From Planctomycetota bacterium (GTDB lineage Bacteria; Planctomycetota; Brocadiia; JAADGH01), in the NCBI GenBank assembly GCA_040755855.1, contig JBFMAD010000002.1:224001-288000 (forward strand): DNA of 64,000 nucleotides, given 5' to 3'. A program made the position numbers and the translations under genes. The stretch's first letter is position 1; every line of letters starts with the position of its first letter. Below the pieces are notes generated by a model, which was not told the DNA's origin, did no database searches, and worked only from the letters and a program-made list of their open reading frames with translations. Below are positions 34,255 to 43,023 of the stretch, in pieces.

Positions 34255-37200
34255 ATGAACCGCATCCGTTTCATCTTTGCCCTCCTGTTCGTCTGGGTTC
34301 CGTTCGCTCCGATCTCTGCTGAGCCTCCGCCGCCCGACCGGTCGGTGTGGGAACAGGTGGATATCATCCCCATGCCCAAGCGGATTCGATTGACCGGACA
34401 ACGTCTACCCCTCGCTAACGCGGTTATCGTTGTCGGGGAAAACCCAAGCGAGCAGGACCAGATCGGGGCGCAGTGGATCAACGAGCACATCGTGGCCAAG
34501 GGCGGCAAGGCCCTGACGGTGACGACAGAAGCGAAGGCGGAAGGCAATGCGCCCCTGCGAATCGTTATCGGGACGCGGGACACGTGCAAGGCCGTTGGCG
34601 AGGCGGCGAAGGCCGGTGTATTCAAGCTCGGCCCCGACGTCCCCGGCAAGCAGGGCTACGTGATCCATCCGCGCAAGCGCGACGGCGGCGCAGACCTCCT
34701 CCTCGGCGGGGCCGACCCCGTCGGGGCGCTGTACGCTTGTGTCACATTCGCGGGGCTTCTGGACAAAGAAGGGAACAATGTTGTCGTGCGCGAGGCCGAG
34801 GTCGTGGATTGGCCGGACTATCGGATCTGCACCGAGGGGTGGAATCTCTACAACGTGGAGGTGCAGGATGCGGCCGACAGGGCGCGGTGGTCGCGGAGCA
34901 ACATCTCGGAGGAGAGCAAGCAGGCATATCTCCGCGCCATGAGGGCGCACATAGACCGGCTTCTGGAATGGAAGATTTCCTGCTTCAAGGCGGACGACCT
35001 GCGGTACTGGAACAAGCTGTCGCCGGAGTTTCTGGCGGTCTACAAGGAGATTACCTCCTACGCGAAGGCGCGCGGCATCCATTCGCTTTATTACGCCCTG
35101 CCGCCGGCGGTGGGGTTTCGCGAGGATTTGCCCGATGCGCCCGTGCGCTGTTTGACAGGCGTGGGACGGGACCGATACACCGATCTCGTTCGTTGCTGGT
35201 CCATGGACGAGGAGCGGCGGCCCTATGCCCGGAGGATCGGCGAGTTCGCCAAGGCCGCCGGTCTCACGGACATCGGCTTCCACGATTGGGACACCGGGGC
35301 GTACCTCAGCCCCGCGCAGTGGGAAGAGCGCTGCGACGTCTGCCGGAAGCGGTGGGGGGACGACTTCGCCGCGGCCACGATCAACAAACACCGCATCTTA
35401 TACGAGGAGATCAAGAAGGTCTATCCAGACGTGTGGATTCACTTCACCCTTTATCCCTACGGCATCAGCATCCTGACGCAGCAGGCCGCCGAGGCGTATC
35501 ACATCAACCGCTACGGTCCCGGCCCCAGCGTGCCGGAGACCGCCAGGCGCCTCCGCGAGCGATACACCGAGTTCTGGAAACAGGTGACGAAGGGCCTGCC
35601 GCCGGACGTGACCTTCTGCATCCGCGAAAACATCCCGGAGAATGTGCGCATCTTCCATGAACTGACCAAGCCCCACGGCACGTTCATCTGGTACCTCGCC
35701 GGGTCGAAGTACTGGCGACCGTTCTTCGACGTCTCGCCGTGCTGGGCGCCGACGTTCTACAGCGGACGGGACGACGTCATGTTCACCGTCTCGATGGAGA
35801 CATTCGTCCCCCTGAAGGGGCTGGCTGTTCGGGAATACACCTGGAACACGAAGGCCCCCGGCGCGACAGGCTGGTCCACGCTGCCCGATGAGGAGTGGTG
35901 GCAGAACGGCGAGCCGAAGGGCGAGATATACAGCGTGATCCTTCCCCATATTGTGCGGAATCTTTTCGGTCGCGCCGCCGCGCCGGAACTCACGGAGGCC
36001 CTGTCCCTGAACATGGCCACGAATCACATCTTTGACTTCGAGTTTACCGGCAAGACCTTGCCGCTGGTGCTGACGACCTACGAGAAATGGAAGTGGCAAG
36101 CGGACCTTGCCGAGAAGGGCTGCGCCCTCGTCGATCAGGTCTTCAAGCGGTTCGCGGAGTCGAAGGACCGTCTCGGCATGAGCGACTACGCGGCCCGCCG
36201 GTTTATCTATATACGCGAGGTCTTTCACAGCAGCAAGTGGATGGCCCAGGCGAAGATGCACAACATCCACGCCCGCGAACTCGCCAAGGCCGGGAAGCTC
36301 GACGATGCGCGGGAGGCGATCCGCCTCGGCAAACAAGCCGTCGCCGAGGGGCGCGGGGATATGGAGCGCCTTCTTGCTCAACGCCCCGACGATCCCGTCT
36401 ACAACGCGAAGCCCAAAGACCCCAAGCGCCCGCCGTACTGGAAGATGTTCACGCCGGGCAACCGCGTGGACTTCGACGTGCCCGCGAAGATGCTCGCGCA
36501 GACCGAGAAGGAGCTTACCTCCCTGGCGGCGGCCGGCGATCTGCCCGAACGCGCCCTTCAGATGTTGGAGAAGCGAAGCATGGTTCATCTCGCCCCAGCA
36601 TCCCAGCCGCCGACCATTGACGGTCGCCTCGACGAACCCGTCTGGCGAAATGCCGTCCCAGCCGAGGCGTTCTTTGTCGATCCGGCCGGCCAGGGAATCG
36701 CCCGCGCGCACACGAGGGCGCGGTTTTTCCGCGACGAGAAAACCCTCTACTTCGGGGCGACGTGCTGGATGCCCGGCAATTCCCCTATCCAATCCAAGGC
36801 GCGCGAGCATGACGGGCCGGTGATGGACGATGAGCAGGTGGAACTCTTCCTCATGCCGCCGCAGATGAAGGGCGGCTATGTGCAATTTCAGATCAACGCC
36901 GACGGCAGCATCGCAGACAAGCGGGTCATGGTGGAGAAGAACGACGCCGGCGTCAACGTCAAAAAACGCGATCCGGCGTGGAACGCGGAGGGCGTCGCCG
37001 TGAAGACGACCCGCGGCGAAGGCATTTGGGAACTTGAGATGGCTATCCCTCTCGCCACCATCGGCGCGAAAGACTGGAAAGGCGGGTGGCACGTCAACGT
37101 CTGCCGCGACTTCAAAGGCCCGACGCGCGAGCTGAGTTCCATCATGCGTCCCACCGGCAAGGACTTCCACGATACGGCAGCGTTCCTGGAACTCAAGTTC

Positions 37201-38334
37201 GACCCCACCCCCGCGCCGCCGCCGGAGGTCGAGATCGCCGTGGCGGGAGTGAAGGAGCAAACCAGAACGCTCGACGACCGGATTGCCACGGTGCTCGACT
37301 TTGGGCTGGACATCCGCTCGACCCGCGTCCTGCGCAACGTTCGCATCACCGCCGAGGCCTACGATGCAACCGGCCGGCTGCACGGCCGCAGCGTCCTCAA
37401 GGAACTGCCGCATCTCGCCTTCTACTGGAACCCGACCGATACCTTCACCATCGGCTTCGAGCAGGAGGTAAAGATCGGCGGCATGCGAATCCTCCTCGAA
37501 TCGAGTGAGGTGAAGGCCGAGCGCTGGGTCCACCTCGGCGGGTGGACCGGCGCGCCGGAGCACGGATTGATCTTCGACCCCGCGTCCACGGGCCTCACCG
37601 AACTGTGCAATCTGCCGTCGGAAATCCTGCCGCCCGCGGCCCAGGAACCGATGCGGCTCTTGGATCGGCGGAAGGGGACCGTCGAGATCTGGCTCAAGCC
37701 GGAGTGGCCGGCGCTCCACCCGGTCGAGACGGCCCTGCCCTGGTCGCCGCGGCACGTGGTGTATCACTGCGGTATCATGCGGCGGGAGCATCCGCTGAAC
37801 TTCAACTGCTCCTCCGTAATCCTGTACCACGACGCGGCCGGCAAGTCCTTGGTTTTTGCGATTGCGAATCACAGCTACACCGGGTGGAACGTCCAGACCC
37901 ATGTGCCGGATACCGATTTGTGGAAGCAACCCAACTGGCGCCATATTGCCTGCGTCTGGGACCATGATGCGAAGCCAGGCGACTGGCTGCGGCTCTACCT
38001 CGACGGCAAGCGGGTCCCGGTCGAGACCCGGATCAGCAAGCCGGAACGCCTGCCCGCCGACAAAGGGGTGGAGCTGGACAAGACGGCCTACGCCTTCCAG
38101 GTCGGCGGCCTGAATACCGGGCGGAATCCGGCCTGCGCGGTCATCGACGATTTGCGCATCTCGCGCATGGCGCGTTACGACGCCGATTTCACGCCCGATC
38201 GCAAGCCGTTCGAGATCGACAAGGATACGTCTGCGGTCTTCCATTTCAATGGAACCCTGAAAGGCGAGGGGATGACGGAGGAAGGGAAGCGCTACGCGGT
38301 GGACGGCGTCGCCGGCGCGCTGGAGTGGCACTGA
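34255..38334 (+). CDS. Large secreted modular glycan-active protein (GH20 domain-2-like, TIM barrel, CBM9-like, LamG)
   Basis: 'IIPMPK...QGYVI...GALYA...VVDWPD'; 'PPTIDGRLDEPVW...VELF...ELEMAIPL'; 'WRHIACVWD...LYLDGK...IDDLRISR'. Confidence 0.82.
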   Translation: MNRIRFIFALLFVWVPFAPISAEPPPPDRSVWEQVDIIPMPKRIRLTGQRLPLANAVIVVGENPSEQDQIGAQWINEHIVAKGGKALTVTTEAKAEGNAPLRIVIGTRDTCKAVGEAAKAGVFKLGPDVPGKQGYVIHPRKRDGGADLLLGGADPVGALYACVTFAGLLDKEGNNVVVREAEVVDWPDYRICTEGWNLYNVEVQDAADRARWSRSNISEESKQAYLRAMRAHIDRLLEWKISCFKADDLRYWNKLSPEFLAVYKEITSYAKARGIHSLYYALPPAVGFREDLPDAPVRCLTGVGRDRYTDLVRCWSMDEERRPYARRIGEFAKAAGLTDIGFHDWDTGAYLSPAQWEERCDVCRKRWGDDFAAATINKHRILYEEIKKVYPDVWIHFTLYPYGISILTQQAAEAYHINRYGPGPSVPETARRLRERYTEFWKQVTKGLPPDVTFCIRENIPENVRIFHELTKPHGTFIWYLAGSKYWRPFFDVSPCWAPTFYSGRDDVMFTVSMETFVPLKGLAVREYTWNTKAPGATGWSTLPDEEWWQNGEPKGEIYSVILPHIVRNLFGRAAAPELTEALSLNMATNHIFDFEFTGKTLPLVLTTYEKWKWQADLAEKGCALVDQVFKRFAESKDRLGMSDYAARRFIYIREVFHSSKWMAQAKMHNIHARELAKAGKLDDAREAIRLGKQAVAEGRGDMERLLAQRPDDPVYNAKPKDPKRPPYWKMFTPGNRVDFDVPAKMLAQTEKELTSLAAAGDLPERALQMLEKRSMVHLAPASQPPTIDGRLDEPVWRNAVPAEAFFVDPAGQGIARAHTRARFFRDEKTLYFGATCWMPGNSPIQSKAREHDGPVMDDEQVELFLMPPQMKGGYVQFQINADGSIADKRVMVEKNDAGVNVKKRDPAWNAEGVAVKTTRGEGIWELEMAIPLATIGAKDWKGGWHVNVCRDFKGPTRELSSIMRPTGKDFHDTAAFLELKFDPTPAPPPEVEIAVAGVKEQTRTLDDRIATVLDFGLDIRSTRVLRNVRITAEAYDATGRLHGRSVLKELPHLAFYWNPTDTFTIGFEQEVKIGGMRILLESSEVKAERWVHLGGWTGAPEHGLIFDPASTGLTELCNLPSEILPPAAQEPMRLLDRRKGTVEIWLKPEWPALHPVETALPWSPRHVVYHCGIMRREHPLNFNCSSVILYHDAAGKSLVFAIANHSYTGWNVQTHVPDTDLWKQPNWRHIACVWDHDAKPGDWLRLYLDGKRVPVETRISKPERLPADKGVELDKTAYAFQVGGLNTGRNPACAVIDDLRISRMARYDADFTPDRKPFEIDKDTSAVFHFNGTLKGEGMTEEGKRYAVDGVAGALEWH

Positions 38335-38340
38335 GAGTGC

Positions 38341-40503
38341 TCAGAAGTCGAGAGTCTCTTTCTGTGCCTTTTGCAGCATGTCCTGGTAGATTTTTTTTGC
38401 GCGCAGAAAGACCTGCCGGACGTGCTCCTTGTCGGCGGGTTTCTGGAACTTGCCGTCCTCGTCGGTGCTCTCCCACAGCTTGTCAATCCAGTTGCTGTAG
38501 AACGTGAGATGGTCAACCGACCCGATGGCCCGGTTGCCGATATGGCAATAGATCGGGCTGGAGTGCGCCAGGACGGGGTCGTTCATCGTGTTCAGGCGAT
38601 GGCGCGGGCCGGCGCATCGGGCGGCGATCCAACTGCTGCGCGTGAGGGGGATGTCGGCGACCAGCTCTGTGATCTCCTGTCCCGGCGCGGGTTTCGCTGC
38701 GGCGACCACCTCTCCGTTGACGACGATCTCGACGGTGTCTATCGGAAGAAGCGAGACGGCCTTCACCTTTGCCTTCAGCACCGGCTTCTCCCCTGCGGGG
38801 AACTGGAGTTCCTCTCCCGGCAAATGGTCGTTCACCGTGAAAAAGAGAAGAGGACCGTTTGTCGCGAACGACCGGCCCTTCTTATATGCCTTGATCCATT
38901 CCTCGTAATGGAATTCCGGTCCGACATGCACGTACACGCGGTCCGCGCCGGGGATGTAGTGCCGGCGGACGTTGGTGAAGGCATCGCTCCCCGCCGAGAC
39001 GGCGCAGCGGAGGCCGCAGTTGAGCACGCCGTACCAGAGCTTCATTGACTGCTGGTCGTCGGCATTGCTGAGGACGTCAATGGCGTCAATGACCCCGAGG
39101 GCGAGGTCGGCGGGGAACTCCCGCGCGTCGGCCCATCGAAACTCGAACTTGTCCGGGAAGTAGAACGGGTGCGGGTAGGTGACGGCCCCGCCCTGGTCCT
39201 GCGCGTTCTTCGCCAGGTCGTAATTTGGCGGGAAGTCGGTCCAATGGGGCGCGCCCGCAAAGCCGGTGTAGATCGGCTCGACGAGCTTGTTCAGCCCGAT
39301 CATGCACAGGTGGCCATAGAGCCGGTAGTTCCGGAATTCCTCGTTCCAGCAGATAACATGGTTGGGCTGCGACAGGCGGTTCGGCTTCCCCTCGAAGTAC
39401 TTCCGATCATGCACCCACGCGCCGGTGGAGTTTGCCACATTCATATTTGCGATGTTCAGGTCCTCGCCTAGGACCTGGGCCAGGACAAGCTCCGGCGTGA
39501 CGAACTCGTCCTTAGTGTAGTTGGCGTGGATGTGCATGTCCCCCGAGTGCCAGCCGAGGGATGGCATGTCCGCCAGGCGTGTCAGGTTGAGATTCAGTTC
39601 CGTCGTCTGCCCCGGCTTGATGTGGACCGCTACGGCATGGGGGCGATACTCCGCCCCCCGGACGATCTCGATCTTCGCCTCGCCGGCGGACAGGTCCAGC
39701 TCGAACTCCCCCTCGCCATAGAAGAATTCTTCCCCCGTCATCGTCGCGCGGGCGAAACAACCTTCCGGCTTCCAGCATCCGCCGTCGCTCCCGGACAGAT
39801 AGACCCGCGCGTGGGCGGGCTTTTGGGTCGCGCCGTCTCGCAGGGCAACCTTGAGGCGGCCCATGGCGCGCATATCGGCATGGACGGGGATGGAGACGGC
39901 ATGGTCCACGGCGGGTTTCCCATCGGGGCGAAGCGCCGCGTGGAGACCCAACGCGAACTTGCTCGGCGCGGAGTCCTTCGGGGTCAAGGAAAAGGCGAAC
40001 CCCATCGTCCGGCCCGCCCAGGCGGTGCGCGTCTTGCCCTCCACCGTCAGACCGTTCGCGCCGTCGCACGAAAGATGGATGCGGGCGGGGAGGGAACCCT
40101 TGTTTTTCACAATGATGAAAACAGGCCGGGCCGTCCCCGGCGCAAGAACCAGTTTCAGGGGATTGGGGTTGTCCAGTTGGATTCCTTCCTCGCGGACCTT
40201 GACGCGGATCACCCCTGGTCCCGATAGGGCCCAGAGGTCGCCCTCGATGGCCTGGACCGCGTTGAGCGTGGGGCGGAGCCGCCACGGATCGGTTCGCTGG
40301 TAGAGGGCGAGGAGTTTGGCCTTGTCCAGGTCGGCCCTGCGCAGCATGACCTCCAGGAGGCTTCGTGTGTTGGCTACCTGGTTGCGGAGGAACTCGCGGG
40401 GAATCTCCTTCGCGGCCGACCGCGTCTCCTGGGCATGTGTCAGGCCCACGCACAGAGCGACCGTCAGGAAGGCGCTGGCGGGGATGCGCAATGGTTTGGT
40501 CAT
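38341..40503 (-). CDS. Secreted CehA/McbA-family metallohydrolase
   Basis: 'GWHSGDMHIH', 'YGHLC', 'YPHP', 'AGSDA', 'GRSFATNGPLL', 'WIAARC', 'AHSSPI'. Confidence 0.88.
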   Translation of the reverse strand: MTKPLRIPASAFLTVALCVGLTHAQETRSAAKEIPREFLRNQVANTRSLLEVMLRRADLDKAKLLALYQRTDPWRLRPTLNAVQAIEGDLWALSGPGVIRVKVREEGIQLDNPNPLKLVLAPGTARPVFIIVKNKGSLPARIHLSCDGANGLTVEGKTRTAWAGRTMGFAFSLTPKDSAPSKFALGLHAALRPDGKPAVDHAVSIPVHADMRAMGRLKVALRDGATQKPAHARVYLSGSDGGCWKPEGCFARATMTGEEFFYGEGEFELDLSAGEAKIEIVRGAEYRPHAVAVHIKPGQTTELNLNLTRLADMPSLGWHSGDMHIHANYTKDEFVTPELVLAQVLGEDLNIANMNVANSTGAWVHDRKYFEGKPNRLSQPNHVICWNEEFRNYRLYGHLCMIGLNKLVEPIYTGFAGAPHWTDFPPNYDLAKNAQDQGGAVTYPHPFYFPDKFEFRWADAREFPADLALGVIDAIDVLSNADDQQSMKLWYGVLNCGLRCAVSAGSDAFTNVRRHYIPGADRVYVHVGPEFHYEEWIKAYKKGRSFATNGPLLFFTVNDHLPGEELQFPAGEKPVLKAKVKAVSLLPIDTVEIVVNGEVVAAAKPAPGQEITELVADIPLTRSSWIAARCAGPRHRLNTMNDPVLAHSSPIYCHIGNRAIGSVDHLTFYSNWIDKLWESTDEDGKFQKPADKEHVRQVFLRAKKIYQDMLQKAQKETLDF

Positions 40504-40512
40504 GGACCTGTC

Positions 40513-41877
40513 CTACAGCTTCATCGCGTAACGGATGCTCTCCAGGACCGGCTCGAATCCCGCGCGCTCGTACATCCGCCGGGCGGCGCGGTGGCCCTCG
40601 TTCAGGCCGGTGGATACCTCGGCGTGGGTCATGCCCTTTTCGCGCAGGATGTCGAGGGAGTGCCGCAGCAGCGCCGCGCCGACGCCGCGCTGCCGGTGTT
40701 TTTTGTTCACACCGTTGTAGCCGATGCTGCCGATCTTCCGCCCCTCGCGGGGGGCGCGGTGGGCCATGAAGCCCGCCACGTCGCCGTTTATCTCGGCGAC
40801 GATGACCTCATCCAGATGGCCCTTGAGGCTGTTGACGATGGTTGGGACGGTGCGTTCGTGCCACGCGGTCCCGTTGATTCGGCCAAACTTTTGCTCGAAG
40901 TTGTATTCCCACCCGATGTCCCAGATGTCGCGGACGATCTCGCGGATCGCGTCCAGGTCCTCCTCCCTTGCCGGGCGGATGGGGACGTCGCTCCCGCGCT
41001 CTGCGCGGTGCTTTGCGACGAGCATTCGGGTGAGATCAACCGCCCCCTGCACTTCCTCGTCGGTGATGCTGGACACGCCGTTCCCGTCGCCGCGATGAAT
41101 CTCCATAGCGAGGATGCCGCGGTAGCCGGCGGCGAGGATCTTTCGGATCGTCCCGTCAAAGTCCACGAAGCCCAGCCCCATGCCGTAGTGGTCCCACAGC
41201 TTGCCGGGGCGGATGTCGTTCAGGTGGATGTGGAAGACCTTCCGCTCGGCGAGGAAAAGGTCGAGCGTCTTGTGGAGGATGGCGTTGTATCGCTCGGCCA
41301 CGTCGTCGGCCTTCTTGTCCTCGCCGCTGAGGCAGTTGAGGAGATGGCCGGTGTCAACCGTCACCCCTACGTTCGGGTGGTCGGCGTAGCGGATGATATC
41401 GGCCAGGTCCTCCGGGGCGCGGAGATCGGTCGAGGTCTCGACCGCGATGGTGACGCCGAAGCACTGGGCGTATTCGCCGAGGTCGCGGATGATGCCGGCG
41501 GCGCGGCGCTTGTCTTCATCGGAATTGACGTATTTCATCCGGACGTGAATGACCACCGCCTCTGCTCCGAGGAACCCGGCGGCGCGGATGGACTCTCGGT
41601 CCTCGGCGACGGCCGTTTGGGACTTCGCGTCGTCGGGTATGGTAAAGGTCTCTCCCATGGGGGCGTGGGCGCTGATGCGGTCGAGGGTCCGCGCCGTTTC
41701 TTGTATCCGACGCAGTTCCTCGCCCGGCAGGTCGAACAGCGAAGGCCATTCTTTGTAGGGGTGGAGTTCGATGGAGTTCAGTCCGAAGCGGCGCGCGGCT
41801 TCCACCTTCTCTGCGAAGGCGCGGTTCATAAACTGGGGCGCGGCGCCGCTGATATTGATGGCGATGTCGTCTTTCAT
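40513..41877 (-). CDS. Sugar-phosphate isomerase/epimerase TIM barrel fused to a GNAT acetyltransferase
   Basis: 'IAVET', 'VDTGH', 'HIHLND', 'HYGMGLG', then 'IRPAREED', 'HRQRGVGAALL', 'AARRMYERAGF'. Confidence 0.88.
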   Translation of the reverse strand: MKDDIAINISGAAPQFMNRAFAEKVEAARRFGLNSIELHPYKEWPSLFDLPGEELRRIQETARTLDRISAHAPMGETFTIPDDAKSQTAVAEDRESIRAAGFLGAEAVVIHVRMKYVNSDEDKRRAAGIIRDLGEYAQCFGVTIAVETSTDLRAPEDLADIIRYADHPNVGVTVDTGHLLNCLSGEDKKADDVAERYNAILHKTLDLFLAERKVFHIHLNDIRPGKLWDHYGMGLGFVDFDGTIRKILAAGYRGILAMEIHRGDGNGVSSITDEEVQGAVDLTRMLVAKHRAERGSDVPIRPAREEDLDAIREIVRDIWDIGWEYNFEQKFGRINGTAWHERTVPTIVNSLKGHLDEVIVAEINGDVAGFMAHRAPREGRKIGSIGYNGVNKKHRQRGVGAALLRHSLDILREKGMTHAEVSTGLNEGHRAARRMYERAGFEPVLESIRYAMKL

Positions 41878-41940
41878 GGGGCGTTCCAACTGAGAGGACA
41901 GACTTCCGATCTGACACTATAGAAAGGCCGAGCGGGGGAG

Positions 41941-42945
41941 TCAAGCGATTTGTACGCGGGCGCCAAGATCCTCGATGGGGATGAGGTCGTCGAACTCGTG
42001 AAGGGAGGCCATGGCATGGTTTTCGGTTTCGATGCCGGCCTCCTCGATGGCTCCCATTGGATTCAGGCCCGCGGCGACGATGATGCCGGCCCGCCCCTGG
42101 GAGACGGGGATGTCGAGGAGGGGCCGCCCGGGGCGTCCGACGAGGAGGACGCCGCCCAGCCCCACGCGCTCCAGTCGCTCGACGGCGTGCATTACGGCGG
42201 GCAGAGAGGCGGCGGGAACCTCTCGGAAGCTCGCGCCTATGGTGCCGGCGCCGGTCTCGGCGGCGGCGAGGACCTGGGTCATTTTGCCCTTGATGAATAT
42301 CTCCACAGGATCGAGGGTCGTCCACTCGTAGTAGATGATCTGCGTGAAGCGCAGCGGCTTGCCGTCGCACAGCTCCAGCAGCCCGCCGAAGCGGGAGATC
42401 GTCGGCACGCCCGCCTGGCGGAGCGCGCCGTTGAGGGTGACGCTGCAGACGGTGCCGATGGCGATCTGGCCTTTAGGGACAAGGTGGCCGGCCAGGTCGT
42501 CGCCCTCCTTTCCCAGGGCGACGAAGCGGCCCATGCCGAGCCCGGCCCGGAGCACGGTGTTGATGATTTCCCGCACGCGGGGAAAATCGGCGACGGGGAT
42601 GCGAGACACGTTGAGAATGACCGTTCCCACACCGCGGTTCGGGTCGAACGACATGCGGTAGGCGAGTTCGTCCACGCGGGCGGCGACAAATCCGACCTTG
42701 TCAATGGCGACGGCGGTTTCGAGTTCCTTTCTTCCCCTCTCGGTAATCTCGCGGCCGGCGCGGCCGAGGTTCCGCGTGAGTCCGCTTTTGTCCATCTCGC
42801 CGAGGTAGTATCGGACCATGCGCTCCTTGAGGTCCACGCCGAGCATCTGGAGTTCCTCGGCGATCCGGGTGCTGCCCAAGGGGCCGCCGACTCCGGCAAG
42901 GATCTTGAGGATTGCGCTTATTTTCCGCTGGCTGTCAATATCCAT
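41941..42945 (-). CDS. nrpR: NrpR-family nitrogen regulator (wHTH + NRD/DUF128 domains)
   Basis: N-terminal wHTH 'ERMVRYYLGEMDKSGLT...GREITERG'; 'TVCSVTLNG', 'TLDPVEIFI', 'GLNP'. Confidence 0.88.
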   Translation of the reverse strand: MDIDSQRKISAILKILAGVGGPLGSTRIAEELQMLGVDLKERMVRYYLGEMDKSGLTRNLGRAGREITERGRKELETAVAIDKVGFVAARVDELAYRMSFDPNRGVGTVILNVSRIPVADFPRVREIINTVLRAGLGMGRFVALGKEGDDLAGHLVPKGQIAIGTVCSVTLNGALRQAGVPTISRFGGLLELCDGKPLRFTQIIYYEWTTLDPVEIFIKGKMTQVLAAAETGAGTIGASFREVPAASLPAVMHAVERLERVGLGGVLLVGRPGRPLLDIPVSQGRAGIIVAAGLNPMGAIEEAGIETENHAMASLHEFDDLIPIEDLGARVQIA

Positions 42946-43023
42946 TGTTGATCCATGTTCAGTGCAATTGACTATGCCCATTATTCCGTAATTTCGGCTC
43001 AGGGGCAAACAAGAAAAACGCCG

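Noticed and set aside
35398..38331. Long antisense ORFs (also 7220-9415, 12466-14724, 50888-52774 and others)
   Set aside because: They mirror recognisable genes on the opposite strand and lack family motifs; expected shadow ORFs in high-GC DNA.
41899..41912. 14-bp match CAGACTTCCGATCT to the REP at 63432
   Set aside because: Only half a hairpin and no GTAG; too short to call.
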